Numbered from the whole stretch's first letter, positions 48,595 to 58,975 are shown. The stretch is 63,483 nucleotides of DNA, filler included, from 4 parts of 4 records of this genome joined end to end with filler, not necessarily neighbours in it; one strand, 5' to 3'. Program-made: numbers and translations. The notes: generated from the sequence alone by a model not told the origin.

Positions 48595-51309
48595 TTACGG
48601 ATACTTCTCTTTGTAAAACTCTAAATAGCTAGCAAGATCCATAGATTTGAAGAGCACACCAAAGTTTGCTTTGTTAATTAAAAAGTGCTCGTATTCGGTT
48701 GCCATTCTGCCAATAGTTGGTTTGGCAGATGTTGAATTAAAAGACAATAAATAATTAGCCGCTTCCTCTTTGTTCGGGAATTTTTGTACTAATAAAAGTT
48801 GGTTTTCTGTTCCCATCTGTGTATTCGTGATGGTGAGTCCCTTACTTCTAAAAAACTCTTTATTGAAATTAGAAAGTTGAATTTTAGTTTGATTTATTCT
48901 ACCTGCTGAACTCGGGAAAATTAGAACAAAGTAATGTTCTGTTGTTTCATCATAAGTGTAAGGCGATTCTGGAGCCACAACAGTATCTGGTTTTACAATC
49001 GAAAATCCAGCAGCAAGTTTATCTAAGTAGACTTTGGCTTGTTTTCCTTCTTCTGATTCAGGGCTTAAATCATATAGTTTTTGTAGCGGACTTTTAATGG
49101 CTTCGGCATTCCCGGGGTCTGTTTTTCCGATTGCAAATGCTTTTAATAAATAGTATTTATTAATGTATTGATTAGTTGAATCGTAGGCTATTATTTCGTT
49201 GCATTTTGCGAGTACATTAGGATATCTTCTGTAACGGTAATGATCCAATGTTTTAGAATAAACATTTAATTCTTCTTGCTCACGCTCACGTTTGTCAGCC
49301 AAATAATTAGGGTCTTTGATAATTTGTGCAATTTCACTTTCAGCGTGATCACGGAGAATTTGATTTTTATAAGTGTCTGCTTGCGAGGATCCTTTTTTAT
49401 TGTAAATCAAATACAGTTGATAAAGAGCTGGTAAAACCTTAGGGTGTTCAATTTTTTTATCGACAACTTTGTTAAAGTATTTAATGGCTTCAGGTTCTTC
49501 TTTTAGTTGCTCTTTATAAATTATTCCTAACATGTACAACGAATTCATTAACCTGTTGTTTGATGAGTCCATTGCTTCAGGAGTTAAGGGTAGACCGGCC
49601 ATTAACATATCCACAGTCAGTGTATCTTCATCTGCTTCCACAAAGTCAGTGGAATCAGTGCCGTCTTCAGAGCCCTCTCCTGAACTATAGGAAGTTTTAT
49701 TCATTCTTCGCCAATCATCTTCTGAAATCCTCTGACCCCAAAGCGCTCTGAAATCATTGAAACCGCTTGAAGACACCTTTTGGTTATAAAAATACCATTT
49801 AGAGCCACTACCAGAAGTCGCTCCGGAGTTTTTTATTCGACTTTGTGAAGCTAATAAACGTCTTTGCTCTTCTTCTTTTCTTCTCTTCTCATCTTCAATC
49901 ATTTGTTTGACCTGCTTTTCCAGGTATTTTTCTAATTCATCCGGTGGCATTTGTGCTTTTACCTGTACAGAATCTTCATATACATAGGTTTCGTAATGAA
50001 GAACTAAATCTGATAGTCCATCAGCTTTCGCCTTAATTTGCTCGTAGCCTTCATATTCTTCAGGTAATACTTGAACACAACTGTCATAATATTTTTGAGC
50101 GCTTAAATAATCCTTTTCATCAAATGTAATATCACCAAGTTTCAAATAGCTTTGACCTTTTTGACGATCATTCTTTACTGAATGAAATGCTGAAGCGCTA
50201 TAATTTTCTTTAGCCAAGTCAATGTTTCCATCTTTGAATTCAATTTCACCCAAGGCAAAATAAATTTGATCTTTATATTCAAAGTTCTTAGGATCTCTTA
50301 GCATTTTGGCAAGCTCTTTTCTCAGTTCTTCACCACCTGTTGTAGCTGATAGTGCCTTGTTAATTTGAGCTTGAAAGCGCATTTCATATGGTGCCGGAGA
50401 ATGAACAACTTCGTCAAAATTCGCTGCGGCATTCCCACCATCTCCAATTTTTTGATACAATTGAGCCAAAACGAATTGATAACGCGCTTTTCGCTTTTTC
50501 TTTTTAGTCAGGTCAATTCCTTTTTCTAAATGTTCAATGGCTTTCTTGTATTCTTCTTTGGCAATGTGAAATTCGGCCATTGCAATCTCGTAATCGTCTT
50601 TGAGTTTTTTGGGAAAAGGAACTGGTTTTTTAACACCGTTTTTCTTGTCTTTCTTCTCTTGTTTCTTTTTCCTTTTCTTAGCTGTTTTTGACAATTTCTG
50701 TTTCTTTTCTTTGCCCGCAGCTTCAGCTGCTTCCATATTCACTTGTGACATGGCTAAGTATCTTTTAGCTTCTGGGAAGTTGCCTTTAGCAATATAAGTT
50801 TTAGCTAACCAAATTCTAGCCTCATGCACTCTTTCTTGATCTCTATAAAGTGGAGATTCATGTAAAAATTTAAAGATTTCTTCTGCCTTGTTATACTCTT
50901 GTCTGGTGTAATGAATTTGGCCAATTACAAACCAATTGTCATCTATCCATCTGCAATGCTCAACATTTTTATTCTTCGCGTTTTCAGCATTCGGCATACT
51001 GTGTCTAAAAATGACATTCTCGCATTTTTCAAAAGCCGTTTCATAAGTGTCCTGGATAAGCGGTACCTCCTCTTTTGAAGGATATAAATCGAGCGGTAAA
51101 ATTTTAGTGTAATCCTCAGTTGCTGCATTTCTGAAGTCTTGCAAGGCTTCATCCATTAAAACACGCGCATTGAAATAGCCGTTGTATCTGGCTGTCATGT
51201 TATGATAACCAACATTCAATGCCGCATCTTTTTCTGTTGAGCAACCGAATCCGCTTGCTAATAAAAGCAATCCTAAAAAAGGAACGATATGTTTTTTAAT
51301 CAACTGCAT
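48595..51309 (-). CDS. sprE: T9SS periplasmic TPR lipoprotein SprE/PorW
   Basis: Lipobox GFGC-STEKD; YHNMTARYNGYFNA; TPR helices; WYFYN...G..DF...WG.R..EDDWRR; start moved to 51309. Confidence 0.85.
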   Translation of the reverse strand: MQLIKKHIVPFLGLLLLASGFGCSTEKDAALNVGYHNMTARYNGYFNARVLMDEALQDFRNAATEDYTKILPLDLYPSKEEVPLIQDTYETAFEKCENVIFRHSMPNAENAKNKNVEHCRWIDDNWFVIGQIHYTRQEYNKAEEIFKFLHESPLYRDQERVHEARIWLAKTYIAKGNFPEAKRYLAMSQVNMEAAEAAGKEKKQKLSKTAKKRKKKQEKKDKKNGVKKPVPFPKKLKDDYEIAMAEFHIAKEEYKKAIEHLEKGIDLTKKKKRKARYQFVLAQLYQKIGDGGNAAANFDEVVHSPAPYEMRFQAQINKALSATTGGEELRKELAKMLRDPKNFEYKDQIYFALGEIEFKDGNIDLAKENYSASAFHSVKNDRQKGQSYLKLGDITFDEKDYLSAQKYYDSCVQVLPEEYEGYEQIKAKADGLSDLVLHYETYVYEDSVQVKAQMPPDELEKYLEKQVKQMIEDEKRRKEEEQRRLLASQSRIKNSGATSGSGSKWYFYNQKVSSSGFNDFRALWGQRISEDDWRRMNKTSYSSGEGSEDGTDSTDFVEADEDTLTVDMLMAGLPLTPEAMDSSNNRLMNSLYMLGIIYKEQLKEEPEAIKYFNKVVDKKIEHPKVLPALYQLYLIYNKKGSSQADTYKNQILRDHAESEIAQIIKDPNYLADKREREQEELNVYSKTLDHYRYRRYPNVLAKCNEIIAYDSTNQYINKYYLLKAFAIGKTDPGNAEAIKSPLQKLYDLSPESEEGKQAKVYLDKLAAGFSIVKPDTVVAPESPYTYDETTEHYFVLIFPSSAGRINQTKIQLSNFNKEFFRSKGLTITNTQMGTENQLLLVQKFPNKEEAANYLLSFNSTSAKPTIGRMATEYEHFLINKANFGVLFKSMDLASYLEFYKEKYP

Positions 51310-51362
51310 AGAGATAGCTGCGACATCTACAATTAACTGCAAAAGCACAAAAATATTTTAAT

Positions 51363-52172
51363 TTATGAGATTAGAATGCTTTTAATACTGCTAATTACTG
51401 TTTTAGGATCTTCCCAAATTCCCATATGACCCACATCTGGCATGCTACTAAACAGATGAAAATTAGCCACTTTGTCTAGCTCTCTGAGCATTTTTTTGGT
51501 AGGGATTATTGGATCTAAATCACCATGTAATATAGAGAAACGTTGGTTGTTATCGAGCGAATAAAAGGCCTCCCGATCTCTTAAGCCAGCTGTTGCCGCA
51601 CATATTTCAGATGCAGGAATTAGATTTGCTTTTTTGATTAATTGATTGATAACTTCTTTGTTATTTGCTTTGTTAATTGGAGCAAATAATCCAGGAATGG
51701 CCTCATTTATAAACAAGGCTTTATTTTTTTTGACGATTTCTATTACCCGATTTCGATCATTTTTTTTCTCTTCAGGATCTGCCCAAAAGTTTGAATGTAA
51801 CAGAATGGGTTCAATTTGCCTGAGTTTACTTAACTCCAATGAAACGTACCCACCCATTGAATGTCCAACAACTTTGCGTGGTGAGAGTTTAAGTTCTGAA
51901 AGTAGGGCGTCAACCGCATTTGCCATAAACTCCATAGTGCAAATTGCTTCGTTAAACCGTGATTGACCGTGGCAAGGCAAGTCAATGCTTAAACACTGGT
52001 ATCCAACTTGTAAAAAAGAAGGGATAATTTGATCCCAAATGGAATGATCTTCTAGAAATCCATGAAGAAAAACAAGGGTTTCATCCTTGTCAATTTTATC
52101 GCCATCTTCATTTTCTGAAGCTTCGGATAAGCAATAATATATAGTTGTATTTTGAAAATGGAAACTAGGCAT
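51363..52172 (-). CDS. Alpha/beta-fold hydrolase
   Basis: FLHGFLE, IDLPCHG, GHSMGG nucleophile elbow, GDLD, GHMG. Confidence 0.9.
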   Translation of the reverse strand: MPSFHFQNTTIYYCLSEASENEDGDKIDKDETLVFLHGFLEDHSIWDQIIPSFLQVGYQCLSIDLPCHGQSRFNEAICTMEFMANAVDALLSELKLSPRKVVGHSMGGYVSLELSKLRQIEPILLHSNFWADPEEKKNDRNRVIEIVKKNKALFINEAIPGLFAPINKANNKEVINQLIKKANLIPASEICAATAGLRDREAFYSLDNNQRFSILHGDLDPIIPTKKMLRELDKVANFHLFSSMPDVGHMGIWEDPKTVISSIKSILIS

Positions 52173-53457
52173 TCATAATCTCCTCAATCTCCTCTACCGT
52201 TATTGGTATATGCCCCATTAAATTAATCGGGTCGCCGGATTTTTGAACCACTAAATCGTCTTCAATTCGAATACCAAGATTTTCATCTGGTATGTAAATA
52301 CCCGGTTCACATGTGAATACCATTCCTTCTTTAATAGGTTCTCTCCAGTTTCCAACATCATGGGTATCCAACCCAATAAAGTGAGAGGTACCGTGCATGA
52401 AGTATTTTTTGTATGCTGGCCAATCAGGATTTTGATTTTTAATATCCGTTTGATCTATTAATCCAAGTTGCACAAGTTGGTCTTGCATAATTTGGCCAAC
52501 TTCTTTATGATACTCAGCCATCATGGTGCCTTCAACTAACATTTTCTCTGCTTCATTTTTAACGTGAAGTACCGCATTATAAACTGCTTTTTGACGTTCT
52601 GTAAATCGGCCATTAACCGGTACACAACGTGTCATGTCTGATGCGTAATTGGCATATTCTGCACCAAAATCCATCAAAATAACATCACCATCTTTACATT
52701 CTTGATTGTTCTCAATATAATGTAGCACACAGGCATTGCGGCCCGAAGCAATTATCGGTGTATAAGCCCAACCTTTTGATCGATTTCTTAAGAATTCGTG
52801 CATCAATTCTGCCTCAATTTCATACTCCATAACTCCGGGTTTAATAAAAGATAATATTCTTCTAAATCCTTTGTCAGTGATGTTGCAGGCGTTTTGCATT
52901 AATTCGATCTCTATCGGATTTTTAATGGCCCTGATTTGATGCATGATTGGTGCACTTTTTTGATAAGTATGCGCCGGATATTTTGCTTTGAACGTCTTGA
53001 TAAAACGATCTTCTCTAGTTTCAACTTCTGTATTTGCTCTAGTATGCTCGTTGGTATTGAGATACACGTTTTCTGCTTGCGACATCAACACTTTCATGAT
53101 GCTTTCCATTTGATCCAACCAAAATACGGTCTTGATTCCAGCAGTTTCAAAAGCTGCCTCTTTTGTAAGTTTTTCGCCTTCCCAAATAGCAATTAGTTCA
53201 GACGTTTCTTTTAAAAAGAGAATTTCTCTATGTTTTGGGTCATGCGCCTCAGGAAAAATCACCAAAACGCTCTCTTCTTGATCTACGCCAGATAAATAAA
53301 AAATATCTCGGTGTTGATTAAATGGCATTGTGCTGTCTGCACTTACTGGATAGATATCATTTGAATTAAATATTGCTAAGGAATTAGGTTTTAGGTTTTT
53401 TGCAAACCGTTTTCTGTTATCAATGAATAAGTTGCGATCAATTTTGTGATATTTCAT
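52165..53457 (-). CDS. pepP: Xaa-Pro aminopeptidase (M24B)
   Basis: LHY, MDFGAE..YASDMTR, HGTSHFIGLDTHD, TCEPGIY, GIRIEDD; start ATG 53457. Confidence 0.92.
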   Translation of the reverse strand: MKYHKIDRNLFIDNRKRFAKNLKPNSLAIFNSNDIYPVSADSTMPFNQHRDIFYLSGVDQEESVLVIFPEAHDPKHREILFLKETSELIAIWEGEKLTKEAAFETAGIKTVFWLDQMESIMKVLMSQAENVYLNTNEHTRANTEVETREDRFIKTFKAKYPAHTYQKSAPIMHQIRAIKNPIEIELMQNACNITDKGFRRILSFIKPGVMEYEIEAELMHEFLRNRSKGWAYTPIIASGRNACVLHYIENNQECKDGDVILMDFGAEYANYASDMTRCVPVNGRFTERQKAVYNAVLHVKNEAEKMLVEGTMMAEYHKEVGQIMQDQLVQLGLIDQTDIKNQNPDWPAYKKYFMHGTSHFIGLDTHDVGNWREPIKEGMVFTCEPGIYIPDENLGIRIEDDLVVQKSGDPINLMGHIPITVEEIEEIMNA

Positions 53458-53563
53458 GAACTCGTTTTTGTGCCAGATTCCCAGCGTTTTATTAAGATTG
53501 AAGGTAAAAATATTATTTTTAGTTGAACTTCTTTCTATTTTTCTGCTAGAATTAAGCTCAGTC

Positions 53564-53594
53564 TTTGGTATTTCGATATTTGTAGCTATCTTTG
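53564..53594 (+). promoter_or_regulatory. Bacteroidota housekeeping promoter (-33/-7) for prs-rplY
   Basis: TTTG-N19-TATCTTTG matches the TTTG / TAnnTTTG consensus. Confidence 0.75.
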
Positions 53595-53623
53595 CCCCCC
53601 ATAAATTATGGAACCATTTTACT

Positions 53624-54550
53624 ATGTCAGCAGGAGTAAAAATATTTTCAGGTCGAGCAACCAAAGAATTAGCGAATAAAATCGCCTTAGATTTTGGTGC
53701 AGATCTAGGTAATGTAATCGTTACAGAATTCAGTGATGGTGAGTTTCAACCATCTTTTGAAGAAACTGTTAGGGGTCAAGATGTATTTTTGATTCAGTCT
53801 ACAATGCCTCCTACAGATAATTTGTTTGAGTTGATGTTGATGATTGATGCAGCGAAAAGGGCATCTGCAAATTCAGTGGTTGCTGTAATTCCGTATTTTG
53901 GTTTTGCTCGTCAAGACAGAAAAGACAAACCAAGAGTGGCTATTGGATCAAAAATGGTAGCCATGATGCTAGAAACAGCAGGAGCTGATAGAATCATGAC
54001 CATGGATTTACATGCTGATCAGATTCAAGGATTTTTTGAAATTCCAGTGGATCACTTGTATGCATCAACGATTTTCTTGCCTTACATTGAATCATTGAAT
54101 AACGGGAATTTAATCATGGCTGCACCAGATGCTGGTGGAGCGAAACGTGCGAATTCGTACTCTAAAAAATTAGATATCGGATTAGCCATGTGTCACAAGC
54201 AAAGAAAAGTGGCGAATGAGGTTGCTGAAATGACAGTGATTGGAGATGTGTCAGGAAAGGATGTAATTTTGGTTGATGATATGGTAGATACAGCTGGCAC
54301 TTTAACAAAGGCTGCTGATTTATTTATAGAAAATGGGGCGAAATCAGTAAGAGCTATTTGTACTCATGCTGTTTTAAGTGGCCCGGCTTACGAAAGAATT
54401 GAAAATTCCTCTTTAACAGAATTGGTGGTAACAGATTCAATTCCGTTAAAGAAACAAAGTGATAAAATAAAAGTGTTGAGTGTTGCTCGTCTATATTCTT
54501 CTGTGATTAGCAGTTTAATAAAGCATGAGTCAATTAGCACTCATTTTTAA
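53624..54550 (+). CDS. prs: Ribose-phosphate pyrophosphokinase
   Basis: FSDGE, PYFGFARQDRK, DLHADQIQGFF, PDAGG, VDDMVDTAGT; start ATG 53624. Confidence 0.96.
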   Translation: MSAGVKIFSGRATKELANKIALDFGADLGNVIVTEFSDGEFQPSFEETVRGQDVFLIQSTMPPTDNLFELMLMIDAAKRASANSVVAVIPYFGFARQDRKDKPRVAIGSKMVAMMLETAGADRIMTMDLHADQIQGFFEIPVDHLYASTIFLPYIESLNNGNLIMAAPDAGGAKRANSYSKKLDIGLAMCHKQRKVANEVAEMTVIGDVSGKDVILVDDMVDTAGTLTKAADLFIENGAKSVRAICTHAVLSGPAYERIENSSLTELVVTDSIPLKKQSDKIKVLSVARLYSSVISSLIKHESISTHF

Positions 54551-54594
54551 TACGTATAAACCGTCCCCCATTAAAGGGACATAATTAATATATA

Positions 54595-55236
54595 ATGAAA
54601 GAAGTATCATTGAGCGGTTCTCTTAGAGAGAACGTAGGGAAAAAAGATGCTAAGGCTATCAGAAACGCAATGCGCGTTCCTTGTGTTGTTTATGGTGGAG
54701 ACACTCAAACACACTTTAGCGTTAAGCACACAGACATGGAAAAATTGGTTTATACACCAAACGTGTATATTATCAATGTTGACATTGAAGGAAAAAAAGT
54801 GAAAACTGTAATCCAAGACATTCAGCATCATCCAGTGACAGATAAAATTAACCATGTTGATTTTATCGAGTTAAAAGAAGACAAAAAAGTTAAAGTAAAC
54901 ATACCTGTTAAATTAGAAGGTAGAGCAATTGGTGTATTAAATGGTGGTAAATTATCACAGGTGTTTAGAACTCTTAAAGTTTATGCTTTACCTGGTGAAT
55001 TACCAGATGCGATCACAGTTGATATTTCTAAATTAAGAATTGGAATGTCTGTGAGAGTAAGAGATTTAATGACAGACTCATTGGAGATTTTAAATGCTCC
55101 ATCTGCAGTTGTTTGTAGTGTGAAAATGTCTAGAGGTGCTGTTGATCTTGATGAGGAAGAAGAAGAAGAAGGTGCAGAAGGTGAAGGAGCAGAAGGAGAA
55201 GGAGCTGAAGGCGGAGAAGAAGCAGCAGCTGAATAA
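54595..55236 (+). CDS. rplY: 50S ribosomal protein L25 / Ctc
   Basis: VPCVVYGG, IQHHPV...HVDF, acidic tail; prs-rplY-pth synteny. Confidence 0.95.
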   Translation: MKEVSLSGSLRENVGKKDAKAIRNAMRVPCVVYGGDTQTHFSVKHTDMEKLVYTPNVYIINVDIEGKKVKTVIQDIQHHPVTDKINHVDFIELKEDKKVKVNIPVKLEGRAIGVLNGGKLSQVFRTLKVYALPGELPDAITVDISKLRIGMSVRVRDLMTDSLEILNAPSAVVCSVKMSRGAVDLDEEEEEEGAEGEGAEGEGAEGGEEAAAE

Positions 55237-55266
55237 AGATCAGTTTAAATTAAACTATATTTTACT

Positions 55267-55303
55267 GAAAGGTTGCTACATTCGTGGCAACCTTTCTTTT
55301 TTT
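55267..55303 (+). terminator. Intrinsic terminator between rplY and pth
   Basis: GAAAGGTTGCTAC-ATTC-GTGGCAACCTTTC followed by T7. Confidence 0.8.
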
Positions 55304-55311
55304 ATCTATCT

Positions 55312-55875
55312 ATGAAATATTTAATTGTCGGACTCGGAAATCCAGGAGAGAAATACGAAAACACCAGGCACAATATTGGCTTTAAGGTGTTGGATTATTT
55401 CATGAAAGATTTTGAGGATGCTTTTTCGGTAGACAAATTAGGAAACGTGGCCAAGGTAAAATTTAAAGGAAGGACACTTGTGTTGTTGCAACCTTCTACC
55501 TTCATGAATTTGAGTGGCAAGGCCGTAAATTATTGGATGCAGGCCGAGAAAATTCCAAGAGAAAATATTCTTGTAATTACTGATGACATAGCACTTCCCT
55601 TTGGGAAATTGAGAATGAAAGGCAAGGGTTCAGATGGTGGACATAATGGCTTAAAAGATATTATTGCTGTTCTTAACTCAAATCAATTTGCACGTTTGCG
55701 TTTTGGAGTAGGAAGTGAATTTAATAAGGGCAGCCAGGTGAATTATGTGTTGGGTAATTGGCATCCTGAAGAGGAGGAACAAATGGAAGACCGTTTGAAA
55801 ACATCATGTGAATTCATTAAAGGATTTGCGACAATAGGCTTGCAGCGAACCATGAGTAACTGGAACAATAAGTAA
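55312..55875 (+). CDS. pth: Peptidyl-tRNA hydrolase
   Basis: LIVGLGNPG.KY..TRHNIGF, TFMNLSG, GGHNGLK, RLRFGVG. Confidence 0.96.
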   Translation: MKYLIVGLGNPGEKYENTRHNIGFKVLDYFMKDFEDAFSVDKLGNVAKVKFKGRTLVLLQPSTFMNLSGKAVNYWMQAEKIPRENILVITDDIALPFGKLRMKGKGSDGGHNGLKDIIAVLNSNQFARLRFGVGSEFNKGSQVNYVLGNWHPEEEEQMEDRLKTSCEFIKGFATIGLQRTMSNWNNK

Positions 55876-56708
55876 TGCATTCTGTAATTAATGAACTATT
55901 TCCTGAATATACTGCTACTCGATTGCAGGGCGGTGACATCAATGAGGTATTCTTATTAATTTCTGGAGATCAGAAAAAAGTTGTAAAAATCAATTCAGCA
56001 TCTGATTTTCCTGAAATGTTCAGAAAAGAAAGCGAGGGATTAAATCTGCTCTCAGATACTTTTCAAGCACCAAAGGTATACGAATTCAATCTACATAAAA
56101 GTTTTCAGTATTTGCTACTTGAGTTTTTTGAAGAAAAGCCTAAAAATGAGATGTTTTGGTCTGATTTTGCTCGAAAATTGGCTGAAACGCATCAAAAAAC
56201 GAATAATTCTTTTGGTTTTCGAGAGTCCAACTTTATTGGTTCTTTGGTACAGAACAATAATTTTCATGATTCATGGGAGGACTTTTTAATTGAAGAACGA
56301 TTAGCACCAATGATAGAAATGGCAGTAAATTCAGGAGAAGTGAATTATGTAGAGTCTAAAATTATTGAAGGATTTTACAAAAAAATAAACGAAATATATC
56401 CTGTTGAACCGCCGTCATTGTTACATGGTGATTTGTGGGCTGGTAATTATCTTTCTACTTCTGAAGGGCCTGTTTTAATAGACCCTGCTGTGTATTATGG
56501 CCACCGAGAAATGGACTTAGGGATGATGCACTTATTTGGTGGTTTTGATAAGAAATTGTTTGATCATTATCATGAATTATATCCTCTAGAACAAGGGTGG
56601 AGAAATCGTATTACAATCAATCAACTTTATCCATTGCTTGTGCATCTGAATTTATTTGGTAGAAGCTATTGGGAGCAAGTTCACCATATTTTGAAACCTT
56701 TTTCGTAA
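55875..56708 (+). CDS. Fructosamine kinase family protein
   Basis: GGDIN, PSLLHGDLWAGN, IDPAVYYGHREMDL, LVHLNLFG. Confidence 0.92.
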   Translation: MHSVINELFPEYTATRLQGGDINEVFLLISGDQKKVVKINSASDFPEMFRKESEGLNLLSDTFQAPKVYEFNLHKSFQYLLLEFFEEKPKNEMFWSDFARKLAETHQKTNNSFGFRESNFIGSLVQNNNFHDSWEDFLIEERLAPMIEMAVNSGEVNYVESKIIEGFYKKINEIYPVEPPSLLHGDLWAGNYLSTSEGPVLIDPAVYYGHREMDLGMMHLFGGFDKKLFDHYHELYPLEQGWRNRITINQLYPLLVHLNLFGRSYWEQVHHILKPFS

Positions 56709-56736
56709 ATTGATGAAGTATTAAACAACTAAGAAC

Positions 56737-57081
56737 ATGAAAACATTACTTTTTACCCTTTCATTGATTGTCGCATCTCAGTTTAGTTTTGCTCAAAATT
56801 GCAGTCAAAAATTAACTGTAATGGATGAGTTATCTGTTAATGGTGATGGTGTAAATGATGACTTTTTCGTGGAGTTTGAATGCCCTGTGGATGATTTCCA
56901 CATTATAATTTACAACCCTTCAGGGAACAAGATATTTGAAAGCAAAGATGCCTCATTCAAGTGGAACTGCATGGATGAAAATGGAAAGCTAGTTGATGCA
57001 GGCACACTGATGTTCAAGCTCAAGTACATGTATGAGGGAGATGAATTCAGTGAAAAAGGGAAGTTTGACTTAATTCACTAG
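56737..57081 (+). CDS. Small exported protein consisting of a T9SS type B (CHU_C-like) C-terminal domain
   Basis: Signal peptide, then SVNGDGVNDDF, IIYNPSGNKIFES, WN, GT..F, KG.F.LI. Confidence 0.7.
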   Translation: MKTLLFTLSLIVASQFSFAQNCSQKLTVMDELSVNGDGVNDDFFVEFECPVDDFHIIIYNPSGNKIFESKDASFKWNCMDENGKLVDAGTLMFKLKYMYEGDEFSEKGKFDLIH

Positions 57082-58219
57082 CCGATTCTTCTGATATCTG
57101 CACCTAGATTGTTCAAACGAACATCTATATTTTCGTATCCTCTATCAATTTGTTCAATATTGTGAATGGTACTCTTACCTTCAGCAGATAAAGCAGCAAT
57201 CAATAACGAAACACCCGCTCTAATATCAGGAGAGGTCATTGTCGTTCCTCTTAATTGATGCTCGTGATTCATTCCAATTACTGCAGCTCTATGAGGGTCA
57301 CATAAAATAATTTGAGCACCCATATCAATCAATTTATCAGTAAAGAATAAGCGTGATTCAAACATTTTTTGGTGAATCAAACAAGATCCTTTTGCTTGGG
57401 TAGCTGTTACTAACACAATACTCAATAAATCAGGCGTAAATCCAGGCCATGGAGCATCTGAAATGGTCAATATTGATCCATCAATAAAAGTATCTATTTT
57501 ATATGATTTTTGAGAAGGAATGTAAATATCATCTCCTCTAAGCTCCATTTGAATACCCAGCTTTTTAAATACGTTGGGCATTATCCCTAATTCAGGATAA
57601 CTCACGTCTTTAATGGTGATTTCTGATTTGGTCATTGCCGCTAAACCAATGAATGATCCTATTTCAATCATATCAGGTAAAACGCGGTGAAAACATCCAC
57701 CCATTTCTTTCACACCTTTAATGGTTAATCTGTTAGAACCAATACCAGAAATTTTAGCGCCCATATTGTTGAGCATTTTACACAGTTGCTGCAAGTAAGG
57801 CTCACAAGCCGCATTGTAAATAACAGTTTCACCTTTGGCCATGACAGCGGTCATCACAATATTAGCTGTACCAGTCACAGATGCTTCATCCATGTGGATA
57901 TAAGTTCCGGTTAATTTTTTTCCTTCAACTGAATAGAAATAGTTTTTAGGATCAAAGTCGAATTTAGCCCCAAGTTTTTGAAATCCTTCAAAGTGTGTGT
58001 CAAGTCTTCTTCGTCCAATTTTATCACCTCCAGGCTTCGGCATATAAGCTTTTCCAAATCTTGATAAAAGTGGACCAATAATCATGATTGAACCTCTTAA
58101 TGAAGACGCACGCTTTGAAAAATCTTCAGTTTGCATGTACTTCAAATCAATGTCCTTGGCTTTGAAAGTATAAGTTCCCTTTTCAACTTTTTCAACCTTA
58201 ACGCCCATTGCTTGCAAGA
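57078..58219 (-). CDS. murA: UDP-N-acetylglucosamine 1-carboxyvinyltransferase (5'-truncated)
   Basis: LRGS, PGGDKIGRR, SVTGTAN, PWPGFTPDL, MFESR, DIRAG, IDRGYE. Confidence 0.95.
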
Positions 58220-58319
58220 NNNNNNNNNNNNNNNNNNNNNNNNNNNNNNNNNNNNNNNNNNNNTTAATTAATTAANNNNNNNNNNNNNNNNNNNNNNNNN
58301 NNNNNNNNNNNNNNNNNNN
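58220..58319. other. Artificial contig linker
   Basis: 44 N + TTAATTAATTAA + 44 N. Confidence 0.98.
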
Positions 58320-58730
58320 GCCGCCAGCCAGGGATTTGTGAAGTTCGAAGTTGTCCTGCAGGACGAGCTGCAGCCCGGCACCGAAATTCCCAATAAAGCT
58401 GATATTTACTTTGACTTTAATCCGCCGATCATTACCAACAGAGTCATCAGCCGCATCGCCAACGCTTCTACAGATGTTGAAGAAAGCGCAGAACTGATTA
58501 ACGTTGAAGTCTTCCCGAATCCAAGCAGCGAACAGCTGACCGTCCGTTTCACTGAAGCCATTCCCGCCAAATTAACACTGCGCAATGTTTTAGGTGAAAC
58601 CTTGCAGACCGTTGATGTTAACAGTGCCGACGTCCAGCTGGATGTCCAAACTCTTGCGCCGGGAGCCTATTACCTGACTGTACGCACGGGCGACGCTGAG
58701 TTGGTCAAGCCGATTAATATTGTGCGTTGA
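58320..58730 (+). CDS. T9SS cargo protein, C-terminal part (5'-truncated): IYFDFN domain + type A CTD
   Basis: SQGFVKF...GTEIPNKADIYFDFNPPIITN; VFPNPS...GAYYL..VKPINIVR; paralog of the 61049-63061 C-terminus. Confidence 0.88.
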   Translation, partial: AASQGFVKFEVVLQDELQPGTEIPNKADIYFDFNPPIITNRVISRIANASTDVEESAELINVEVFPNPSSEQLTVRFTEAIPAKLTLRNVLGETLQTVDVNSADVQLDVQTLAPGAYYLTVRTGDAELVKPINIVR

Positions 58731-58817
58731 TCCAGTAATTGCCTGCACACGCGGCGAATGCAAAGCCGCACGGTAAATTGCACTTGGGGCAATTCTTACT
58801 CTAGCCGGAAGCTACCA

Positions 58818-58850
58818 GGCCTCACTCTTTTAGAGGGTGGGGCCATTTTT
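58818..58850 (+). terminator. Intrinsic terminator
   Basis: GGCCTCACTCT...AGGGTGGGGCC stem (with G-U pairs) followed by ATTTTT. Confidence 0.65.
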
Positions 58851-58975
58851 GTGTCTGGGGCGCAGGTGGGGCATTCTCAGCGAACATGCCGTACTCACGG
58901 GGGGCTTTTACTGCGTAAGCCCCGGCAGCCTTTTTTTGCTAGTCTTTGAAAAAAAATCGAATAGTGCTGTAGAAG

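Noticed and set aside
53456-53664. Overlapping divergent N-terminal extensions of prs and pepP in the ORF track
   Set aside because: Conserved starts are 53624 and 53457; the interval is intergenic and holds a Bacteroidota promoter
55150-55236. GAAGGT/GCAGAA-type tandem repeat
   Set aside because: Encodes the ordinary acidic tail of ribosomal protein L25
58740-58820. c-di-GMP-I riboswitch (GCAAAGCC...AGCCGG..GCTACC resemblance)
   Set aside because: Lacks the GGCAAA-stem-GAAA tetraloop arm and lies 3' of a gene, before its terminator
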